Source: Eledone cirrhosa (lineage: Eukaryota). From it: 64,000 nucleotides of DNA. The stretch covers positions 292,950,001 to 293,014,000 of the forward strand of contig OZ024740.1 in assembly GCA_964016885.1 (NCBI GenBank). Direction: 5' to 3'. How positions within the stretch are numbered: the stretch's first letter is position 1; every line of letters begins with the position of its first letter. Positions 26,901 through 35,908 of this stretch are shown here, piece by piece. A program made the translations under genes and the position numbers. The notes under the pieces are model-generated. The model was not told the origin of the DNA, made no database searches, and saw nothing but the letters and a program-made list of their open reading frames with translations.

Positions 26901-27395
26901 TGCTACCGAGGGGCTCTACCCGTTCGAGAGAGGCTCTACAGACACGGGCGCCCGGGCAGGGATCCCTCAAAAAAGATTTGCCCTAGATGCGTGCGTCACG
27001 AAGAAACCGTGGCGCACGCATTGGTGCAATGTCCGGGCGTGGCTGATCTGTGGGGCTACGCCGAACAACTGCTGTCGCGGGTGGCGCCGATTAAATTGAC
27101 CGCCGAGTCCGTGATGACAATCAAACCGCCTCCCCTCTTCACAAGGGAAGCAAAGGCGGTTTTTCTGTGCGTAATAGCCATGTTGAAAGAGGTTGTTTGG
27201 TGGACACGATTGAAAGGTCTGAGGTCAGGCAACTTCCTCTCTGGCCATAGTCTGGTCTACTTCTTCCGATATCACTTCGGAAGAAGGATAAGAATGGAGA
27301 GAGAGGTGCTTGGCCACAGGCAGTTTTATGAAAGGTGGGTGATAGTGGCGAGAATGGCTCGTGTAAATGGGCCTTCTCTGTATACCATCCTGTAG
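23958..27395 (+). CDS. Intact ORF2: APE endonuclease - reverse transcriptase - C-terminal zinc finger (1145 aa)
   Basis: LNARGL, ICETR, GDWN, YLDRF, TDHK (APE); SPGLDG, FRPITLLN, LDQSKAFDRVDH, RQGCPLS, YADD (RT); CPRC...ETVAHALVQC. Confidence 0.95.
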   Translation: MDVLRVGCLNARGLGSTWKQAKLLNDLRSCSINVMVICETRISVMRQLAPTFDDFEVHASLCQPGGGGGVVVLLQKHLGLAVQVVHSDPEGRLLVLDVGSSESAALRLVAVYSPFGAERPDFFQRLETFLATSRSLLLAGDWNDILDARWDYAGACPNRGGCNSLKGLLDRFNLVDRYRLDFPTVPTWTWRNHSGQARSYLDRFLVRSKDRDILSCPEMRTVGYTDHKLVTCVVNLEKTHRQGPGYWKLNLSLPAKETYRNRISRLVKERLTGAIVNNRWWASLKREIRTESISYSKMLAANRNRNEKELTGKLEEAIKSEDVARVLASRTALNQFFDAKHEGCVIRSKIRALGNEGAKAVGWARVTEAKSGNRSTIRSLQDEDGRVIREPKQMCEAFQKHFARLFGGGEGPGRGVDFGPYLDGLPRLSNKEAESCEGPISADEIGDALSQCSRRKSPGLDGIPYELYLAMPVFFSELLEAVYCNWQQNGRIPCSVAKGVVTLVRKDENKGDSINNFRPITLLNTELKILAKVLAKRLALVVGGLVGDAQTCAIPSRSIHDNLHLMRYIIERVGNKPGFGGALINLDQSKAFDRVDHGYLDAVLAAAGFGPVFRGWITALHSNHICSRIKVNGYLSKPFEITRSIRQGCPLSSLLYVLTLEPLLRKLELLQGIPLEPGLSKAVSAYADDVTVMVSTDSEIEAIGTLLEEYERLSGAKLNREKSIGLQLGTWRGKPMPPDGVVGHWTEGPVKLLGVWFGPDLQVEKNWNEVTNKVFALTQKWAKCKLSLKGRAEVANIYIASVTYYRLTVVPCPKETLTTMERMLFQFLWKKRPHMVRRSICCQQPSKGGLGMPWLMMRRHALRLRHLQVFLTGQPVWAPFVKRAFPRLVSLTELQSWVKQRSGKLGDWHTECAQALRALWQAGRAIGGESTSSFYRGLVASRGDDTLGESLDMEEDELASLFGRTFGPGPMDNFQKSLAWQCYRGALPVRERLYRHGRPGRDPSKKICPRCVRHEETVAHALVQCPGVADLWGYAEQLLSRVAPIKLTAESVMTIKPPPLFTREAKAVFLCVIAMLKEVVWWTRLKGLRSGNFLSGHSLVYFFRYHFGRRIRMEREVLGHRQFYERWVIVARMARVNGPSLYTIL

Positions 27396-27622
27396 GTAAA
27401 GAAGTAAAGGAGAAGGGAGCACCTTCTCCATGTGCTCCCCGGGCAAAGGATTGCACACTTTTTCGGGGGTGTGTGCAACCCCCATCACGTCCCCTCCCTT
27501 TTGAGGCTATTTTCGATTTTTTTCATGTTACACCCTTTTTACTCGATTATATGTAAACTCCCCCTTTGTATTTGTCCCTTCTTTTTATGCCTTTATGGTA
27601 AATAAAGAAATCTATCTATCTA

Positions 27623-28448
27623 TCTAGGCGTAGAGGAAGATGAACTGGCCAGTCTGTTCGGTAGGACCTTTCGCCCGGGACCGATGGATAACTTCCAAAA
27701 GTCCCTGGCCTGGCAGTGCTACCGAGGAGCTCTACCAGTTCGAGACAAGCTCTACAGACATGGGCGCCCGGGCAGGGACCCTGCAAAAAAGATCTGTCCG
27801 AGGTGCGTGCGAGACGAAGAAACCGTCGCGCACGCATTCATACACTGCCCGGGTGTCACTGACCTGTGGGGCTATGTAGAACGACTATTGTCGCGGGTGG
27901 GACCAGTCCAGTTGACCACCGAGTCCATTGTCATGATCAAACCGCCACCCTCCTTCAAAAACGAAGGAGAGGCGGTTTTCCTTTGTGTGATAGCTATGGC
28001 GAAAGAGGTTGTATGGTGGACAAGGTTGAAAGGGCTGAGGTCAGACACCTTTCTCTCCGGCCAACTACTGATTCTTTTTTTCAAATACCACTTTGGAAGA
28101 AGAATCAGGATGGAGAGAGAGGTGCTGTACCCCAGAAAGTTTTATGAAAGGTGGGTGAAAGTGGCGAGAATGGCCCGAGTGAATGGGCCTTCTCTCTATA
28201 TCAGCCTGTAGGTTGGGGAAAAGGAGGAGGAGAGGAAGGGAGTACAAACTCTTCGTACTCCTGGAGATGAGGGTTGCACATTTTTTTCGGGGGTATGTGT
28301 TACCCATATAAACTGTCTCCCTCTATTGGGGAAAATCGACTAATTTTTTAAATTCCATCTGTGATAACATTTTACACGTTTTTATTGTATGTAAACTTCC
28401 CCCTTTGTATTTGTCCCCTTCTTTTGTACCCCTGTGGCTAATAAAGAA

Positions 28449-28449
<1 letters not shown>
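27623..28449 (+). mobile_element. Tx1-type retrotransposon, element 4 (subfamily A, heavily 5'-truncated)
   Basis: Nearly identical to 15193-16017 of element 1; ORF2 remnant ends at 28211; followed by (TCTA)12. Confidence 0.9.

Positions 28450-28497
<48 letters not shown>
28450..28497. repeat. (TCTA)n right flank of the retrotransposon stack
   Basis: Perfect run directly after AATAAAGAAA. Confidence 0.95.
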
Positions 28498-28498
<1 letters not shown>

Positions 28499-29625
28499 AT
28501 ATATATACTATCTGTCTGTCTGTCTAACTGTGTCTCTAGTTATTCGCTTTTTTTCTGTATATCTATTTATCTTTGTAGGTAAGTGACTTGACTTTCTGAT
28601 TCTCAATCTATTCATGGAGCTGTTTATTTGTGTTTTCATTTGTTCCTTTGTTCTTCTAAACCATATATATCTATATTTCGTTGCATGTATTTGTGAAACT
28701 ACCCATCACTGGGTATATGTATCCTACTTACTTAAACAAAGATACTGAATTTTACAGATTAGTCATTATGTCTCTTTTCTTCATAAGAGAGCTCGTTGAG
28801 TCCAATTGCGATGAAAACCGAAACGTTAGCTTCTACATTCCTCATAAATTTGAATTCTTACCCTTACTACCAAGTCGTTTTTAGATATTTAAGCCTACAT
28901 TATCAATGTGTTTTTCCTGTGTTGAATATTTGGATACCAAGCCACATTAAACCGTCCTTGGCTCTATAATGCAAAACTGTATATTTTAAAGTGTTTATTT
29001 TTGTCTTCCATCATAATTGTATATCAGAACTGTTGTTAAGTTATATTCCAAACATCAGCATAATAATGAGAAAGTTAGTTATATTACTAAATCACTTCAA
29101 AGAAATTTGATAAGAACAGGCTGTGTATTTCATTATAGTAATGAAAGGTTTGAAACATATCAAAGTTTGATTTCAGTAAAAAGATGTGTCATTAGTGTGC
29201 ATACGGTTGAGGTGAAAAAATTGATTGTGAACGTAGAAAATATATATCATTGAGTGAGAAAACGAGGAAGCAAAGTAAAGTCAGTTCTAAATTTCAGTCG
29301 CCACTTCTCCATTAGTGTATCGCAGAGAATTTACCTTTTATAGAAATAGTGGTTATATAGAGATAATGGCACTAGAAAACAATTGCATTATACATTTATC
29401 TATCGAAACACCTCCACACACAATAAAACAATAAATAACATAATGTCAACTAAACACATTAACGAGATTAACAACAATTCTATCAGCTGTTTCTATTGCA
29501 TTATACATTTATCTATCGAAACACCTCCACACACAAATATATATGTATACATACATGCATACACATACATATAAACACACATACATATATATAAATAAAT
29601 AAATATATATGTATATATATTCGTT

Positions 29626-30252
29626 TAATAATGAGAAGTACTCAACTCAAGGAAGCTGTTGAAATAGCAAAATGTCGTCAATGACAACGTCGGTTAAAAT
29701 TTACCTCAAAGGACAGAAATCAGCGGTTTCAAGTATGTTGACCCGAAGAAGTGATAGGAAGAAAGGAAAAAAGGAAGAAAATGGACGATACAAGATCGTA
29801 CATTTATAACATTTATGTACCTTATCAGCTCTTAAACCGACTGTGGTTTCCCACAATTTATCTTAAGACATAGCCAATGAACCTCATTCTTTCATTTTGA
29901 TATCTCTCTCTTATCTGTCTCTCTGTCTATCTAATTTGTTCGTTTATCACACAAACATCATACCAACAGAAATACTTATTTTTCTGTTGCAAGAACCGAA
30001 AATCTTACATGGTACTCATTAGTTAAATCATGTGCAACCATAGTCGGTCTAAGAGCTGATGAGGTTATAAATGTTTGTCTCATCTTGTCTTGTCCATTTC
30101 CTTCCTTTTCTACTTTCTTCCTATCACTTCTGCGGGCCAACACACTTTCAACCGCTGATTTCAATCCTTTGAGGTAAATTTACCCCGACACTCTCATTGA
30201 TGGTATTTTGCTGTTTTAACAACTTCCTTGCACTGAGTTCTTCCCATTATTC
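29626..30252. repeat. Older imperfect inverted repeat (~230 bp arms)
   Basis: 29626-29860 is a diverged reverse complement of 30025-30252, e.g. AAATTTACCTCAAAGGA / TCCTTTGAGGTAAATTT. Confidence 0.7.
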
Positions 30253-30360
30253 TACAAATTCCAATACACTAGCGCCCCAAACTCGATCTTCGAGATTTAT
30301 ATATATATTAAAACTCAACTTCGGTATTGAGTAATCCTTTCTTTCAACCGTCAACCATAT

Positions 30361-30391
<31 letters not shown>

Positions 30392-30393
<2 letters not shown>

Positions 30394-31165
30394 CGAGGTG
30401 CGTCAGAAAAGTTCCAGGACTGATGTCACAAAAGATTTATTTCAAACCCAAACTTTACACTAACAGTTTTCTCCTTCAAAGTAATCCCCCTGGAGTCTAA
30501 TTCACTTTTCCATCCTTTTCTGCCACGCTTGCATGCACTCCTGGAAGGATTCTTCCGGGATCCTCCGCAGTTCCGTCGTCACGGCCTTTTAGATGTCGTC
30601 CACGTCTTCAAAACGGGTCCCCTCCGGGTCGTACTCGAAGATCCATGACTCATCACCGGTGATGACTGTCCCTAGCAAGTCTGGTTCGGTTACAAGACGC
30701 TCGAGGATGTCCTGGCACACTTGCATGCGTCGACCCTTCTGGTCATCGTTCAGCAGTTTTGGCACCATCTTCGCGCAGACTTTCCGCATCTCCAAATCTT
30801 CAGTGAGAATCTTCCAGACGCTGTCCCGATTCATGCCCAGCTCATTTGCCATCAGTCGAACAGTCAGCCGACGATCGCTATGCACCATCTGCCTGACGCG
30901 CTCAACGTTGACCTCAGTCCTGGTTGTTGAGGAGTTTCCGCTCCTGGGGTCATGTTCCACGTCCTCGCGTCCTTCTTTAAACCTCTTGCACCACTCAAAA
31001 ACACGTGAGCGTGACATCGTCTCATCTCCATACACTTGCTGCAGCAATCCAAGTGTTTCTGACGGAGTTTTCAAGTTTGTTCGTTGCTCTGTGCTCATTG
31101 TTTGATGACCTGAAACAGAGGACATGTATATAAACTTATGAAGAAAAAAGTTTGATCGCTGCACT
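30392..31165 (-). mobile_element. Mariner transposon relic with internally deleted transposase
   Basis: TIR TACGAGGTGCGTCAGAAAAGTTCC next to (TA)n. ORF 30589-31164 has the HTH (MSRSRVFEWCKRFKEGR), KVCAKMVPKLL and ITGDESWIFEYDPE, then jumps to C-terminal RFEDVDDI. Confidence 0.88.
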
Positions 31166-31232
31166 ATATATATATATATATATATAGTGACGAAACATAA
31201 GTCAATTTCATGAACTCTATAATCCTTTATTT

Positions 31233-31288
31233 ACTGCTATATATATTTCGATGATAGCCATTGAATGGCTATGACCTCATCAGGCAGT
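31233..31288 (-). ncRNA. Type I hammerhead ribozyme
   Basis: Minus strand: ACTGC-CTGATGA-GGTCATAGCCATTCAATGGCTATCATC-GAAA-TATATA-TA-GCAGT. 5-bp stem I, long stem II, palindromic stem III, AUA triplet. Confidence 0.78.
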
Positions 31289-31344
31289 TAGTTAGTTCTT
31301 AGATATGCCAGCTCTGTGTTTTTGGTGTTGATGGTTTCAGAGCC

Positions 31345-31745
31345 ATTTTCTTCAAATTCCCGACTGTACAGTTTCGTGGCTACTATGCAAAAATCCTATA
31401 TCATAGAGATGTAGCATTTTTGTGAGGTTTGCCGACTGTAGCCTCTGCATTGTATTAATATCCCCCCCGCCGTCCGTGATATTTTTCGTTGCTACAAGGG
31501 ATTTAGCTCCATTTCTTGACCACTGTATCACGTGATAGGGTCCCCCTTCGCCTTCTCGGGATTCTTTCGCGCGATGCAGACCTGTTTTGAAATCTTTACA
31601 TGAGGTATTCTCTTGTTAAGCCAGCAAACCTCACAAAAATGCTACATCTCTATGATATAGGATTTTTGCATAGTAGTCCCGAAACTGTACAGTCGGGAAT
31701 TTGAAGAAAAAATAGGTATTTATTTATGTCTAATATCTCTTCTTT
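31345..31745 (+). mobile_element. Diverged member of the 595-bp hammerhead repeat family, with an inverted upstream partial copy
   Basis: 31460-31710 is alignable by eye to the unit at 44131-44725; 31345-31432 is the reverse complement of about 31624-31711; hammerhead-like motif at 31608-31699. Confidence 0.7.
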
Positions 31746-31757
31746 CTTTATAATGTA

Positions 31758-32635
31758 CTAGCAGTAAAGCCCGGCCTTGCTCGGGGTCGCTCAGTAGCTG
31801 TGTTAAAGTTACAATGTTAAGTTTCTTTCTTGGCTTAAAAACTGTAGTGTCTACTGTGCAGACTTGCATGTGGTGTTTTTGATTAATATTCCCTCAACCA
31901 ACAATATGCCTTATGAAGTTAAGAAAACATAACGATAACCCGAATGTTATAACAAAAGAGGATGCTGGGGATAGAAACTGCACTGGTTATTTATTAACAA
32001 AGATCGAAAATGTAAACACTGCAACGCAGAGAAAAACATTAGCGTAACCAAATTATCAGTTATGTCTGTCTGCACGCCTATATCACCTCTCTGCACGACT
32101 GTCTGTCTGCACGCCTATATCACCTCTCTGCACGACTGTCTGTCTGCACGCCTATATCACCTCTCTGCACGACTGTCTGTCTGCACGACTGTCTGTCTGC
32201 ACGCCTAACGACGAAATATTTGCTTGTTTTACGTAGTCTTTAAATAGACTTGTTTTCAAGTAAAAATATTGTTTTAAAATGCTTTTAAATGGAAATGAAG
32301 CAAAACGGAAGCTTAGTGTTCGAACTGATGAATTTTGCAGGTCAATATTTTGCTGGCTCGACAACTGTTAAAGCCAGCGTAATTTTTTATGTAAGACGCT
32401 CAATGTAAACAGAACAAAGGGAAATAACTGATAACTTACGCTCAAAATTCGATACATTATATTCGATTTCGTCACATAGGGTGGGTCAATTTGAAATTAT
32501 TTTTTTTCCGATGTCTTCGCTAGGGCTCAATGTACAAGTATAGCAATTTCGGTGCAATTCCGTGAGAGATTCTAAGAGGAGATGTGTGCCAAAAATCGAT
32601 AGACAGACAGACAACCACAGTTTTATATATATAGA
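31758..32635 (-). mobile_element. Non-autonomous Helitron
   Basis: 5' TCTATATATATAAAAC, 3' hairpin CCGAGCAAGGCCGGG + CTAG, inserted between A and T; internal 37-bp minisatellite at about 32064-32206. Confidence 0.8.
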
Positions 32636-32804
32636 TTACATAGCTCTGATATAGAGTCAATTTAATTATTCAGATTATCTTGTCTCTCATAGTCATAGAG
32701 CAACACTGGTTAAGGTTGACAACACACAATCTCACATACTTGTGAAAAATGTATGTGTATATATGCATGTATATGTATACACATATATCTGTGTACCTCT
32801 CATT

Positions 32805-32947
32805 ATTAGCATAGTTACGTCCCTTTACGATCTGAGTTCAAATCCCGCCGAGGTTGACATTGCCTTTTATCCTTACGGGGTCGATAAAATAAAGTACCAG
32901 TAATACACTGGGTAATTGCTGGCCTTGTGCCTAAAGTAGAAACAATT

Positions 32948-32950
<3 letters not shown>
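32805..32950 (+). mobile_element. Nin-type tRNA SINE
   Basis: GAGTTCAAATCCCGCCGAGG...GGGGTCGATAAAATAAAGTACCAG...CCTTGTGCCTAAAGTAGAAAC. Confidence 0.8.
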
Positions 32951-32984
<34 letters not shown>

Positions 32985-34295
32985 TTCGACTACTCGTTAA
33001 ATTAGCCGCAAGTGATGAAACTTGAAGTCCTGTGTGTATAATAAATTTGACTCAACTACAAGTATGTAGTCCTTTCATATGTCTTGCTATTTAGAACTTT
33101 ATAACCCTACCATCAAAGGTAGTTATGAAAACTATAACGTCTTAACTTAAAATGAAGGATTATTTAATATTTATATTGACAGAGGCATCTACAAAACTAC
33201 ATATATGCAATGAAAAATCAACACTGATTTCCTAAATGAATTCCGAAATCTGCAACCTGACAATAGGATTCAATACGTAATTTATATGAAAACCTTATCA
33301 CTAAAACCAGTTCAACTATGTTTGATATAAGACAGCTTTAGAGGGAAAGCGAAAACTGCTGAGAAAAAATCCATTTCTTCATATTAGCGAACCAAATTAT
33401 CTTTACTATTCTATTCCACGAATTTTTATTGGAAACTTGATACTAGTCTCAATAGATTTAGTGAATGAATGAGTGTATTTGCTGCAGCTATAAAGATTGT
33501 AGTAGGAATGTATTGCATACTTTCATCGTTGGCTCTGGGGAAAGTGGGAGTATTATAGAATGAAATTAAATAAAACTTTTTGTCATATTTTCTTATCTAC
33601 TCTCTTTATAACTGAAATAAATCACGATGTTTATATAAGTAGAAGAAACTTTTCTTTAACTGCTTCAAGCACAATATCAAAAATTCAGAGATTACAATAC
33701 AATAAAAACACAATATAAACTCATAGAAAATTACATGTCATGTAGACACAAATGTGATTACATACATACTCATATACCCATACATGTGGCTATTTAATAC
33801 ACACATAGAAATATATTTATCGCGCCGTGGTTCATTATATAGGTGTAGATGAAAGTGCATTTCATTATATAAGTGTACATGCAATAAACATTCAAGGGTG
33901 ATAAAGGTCTCGGATGACGAAAATCAACCCAGAGATAACTGTCAGATATTCTCACCGGCTGCTGAAATAGTTGTGACATGATAACAGCTTAAAACATTCT
34001 TAGCGAGACTCTTTTATATTTATTGCACGTAAACATATTAAATATACTTCCATATACACCCTAGTATGTATGTTCTTCTGGTTTTATAATTTCACAAATT
34101 TTTACAATAGTGAGAGAGTCGGTTTCTTACATAGATACAAGACTCTCTCCTTGGAATTTACAATACATCAACCAGGTAGGTAGGTATGTATGTGTGTGCC
34201 GGTATGGATGTTTTTGTATGTGTGGATGTGTATATTTTGAGTTATGTGTGTGCATGTGTATATGCTTTGTATCTGTACATGTGTATATGTAGTTA

Positions 34296-34484
34296 TTAGA
34301 TGCAGAATGTTTGGAATGTTTTACATATTTTTACTGATTGTACTTGCAATTTTGTAACTAGTCGTGTTCTTTCTGTTTCTGTGAAGCCCAGATCCTCAAG
34401 ATTTGTATTGAGGCAGTTACTAACATATCCCAGTACCCAAATAATCACAGGTATAAATCTGAAGGTATAGTCAGGGTGGAGTGT
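34296..34484 (-). pseudogene. R4-clade-like LINE extreme C-terminal fragment
   Basis: LHPDYTFRFIPVIIWVLGYVSNCLNTNLEDLGF...VKICKTF; the 5' side abuts (ATGT)n. Confidence 0.55.
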
Positions 34485-34564
34485 ATCTATGTATGTATGT
34501 ATGTATGTATGTATGTATTTATGTATGTATGTATGTATGTATGTATGTATGTATGTATGTATCA

Positions 34565-35030
34565 TCAGTGATGTCGAGATTTTGGAAAGCTCTGTGTGTG
34601 ACAGTATAGAAGCTCTTGTGCTTAAGCAATGACTCCGTTGGAGTGGTCACCTTGCCAGGATGAAGGATTCTAGAATACCAAAACAACTCTTTTATGGAGA
34701 GTTAATTAAAGGAAAACGACCGCCACATAAACCAAAAAAGAGGTATAAGGATTCCTTGAAAGCCTCTTTGAAAGACGCTAACATCTCTGAGGATACATGG
34801 GAAAATATTGCTGCTGATCGTAATAAATGGAGAAAGACTGTATATGAGGAAAAATTTGCCTTTGAGGCATCTCGAATCGCATACGAGAAAGTAAAGCGGG
34901 ATGTGAGGAAGGGCATTGCTGTTGCACTTCCAGACGGCGAGGGTCCTCCTATGGTGCTGACATGCAGCGTCTGTGCGAGACTGCCTAAGCAAAGCTGGAC
35001 TCGAAAGTCATCTTCGCAGTCATAAAGTAA
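34565..35030 (+). pseudogene. RTE-clade LINE 3' fragment
   Basis: RWSGHLARMKDSRIPKQLFYGELIKGKRPPHKPKKRYKDSLKASLK...WENIAADRNKWR...CSVC, the typical RTE C-terminus. Confidence 0.85.
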
Positions 35031-35786
35031 GACCAGTGGTTGACTACCAGGCTGCTGTTGGAGATGCTACTCATCATGCTTGCCAAACATGAGGTAGAGA
35101 ATGTAAATCAGCAGGAGGGCTCAAACGACATGCAAAACTACATGAACTCCAACCACAGCCGGCTATTCCCAGTGAATGTTTTGGTTGTCGACTCTGTGCA
35201 AGACATTTTAGATCATTGGCTGGGCTAACAAGCCACGTTCGATCGCAGCGCTGTTAGTTGCTATCGTGTGTGTGTGTGTATAGATATGTTTATGTGTGTG
35301 CGTATGTATGTATATATATATATGTATATGTATATTATTATTGTTGTTGTTGTCGTTATTATTATTGTTATTATTATTATTATTGTTGTTAATATATGTG
35401 TATGTATATATATATGTGTGTATATATATATATGTATGTATGTGTGTGTATATATATGTATATGTATATATATATATATTATTATTATATTTTTTTCTCG
35501 TGCAATGGCCATACTCGATAACGAGGGGCAGCCATCATCATGTAAGTATGTACGTATTAATGCATGTATGTATTTATATACATTCTCACTTGCTCTTAAT
35601 TTGGAGTTTACTCTTGGCCGGCCACTTTCCCGGTGGCAATGTTGTAAAGAAAAGGAAATTGTCGTCTCTTGTGCAAGCGTTCATCCTTTGAATCGTAAGA
35701 ATGGTTTGCAAATTTTGAAGTTTCCACCTCTCGCAGCCATTTGTAGCTTAAGAATTAAGGAGTCACGTTATTTCTCTGTAATTTTA

Positions 35787-35908
35787 TGATCTGAGTTCAA
35801 ATCCCGCCGAGGTTAACTTTGCCTTTCATCCTTACAGGGTCGATAAAATAAAGTACCAGTAATACACTGGATAATTGCTGGCCTTGTGCCAACAGTAGAA
35901 ACAGTTAT
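35787..35908 (+). mobile_element. Nin-type tRNA SINE (5'-truncated)
   Basis: Same B-box and Nin-like core as the other copies. Confidence 0.8.

Larger units (their letters stand above)
21815..27610 (+). mobile_element. Tx1-type non-LTR retrotransposon, element 3 (subfamily C, full-length)
   Basis: Two ORFs; flanked by the direct repeat TCTATCTATCTATCTAGGCGTA (21793-21814 and 27611-27632); ends AATAAAGAAA. Confidence 0.92.
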
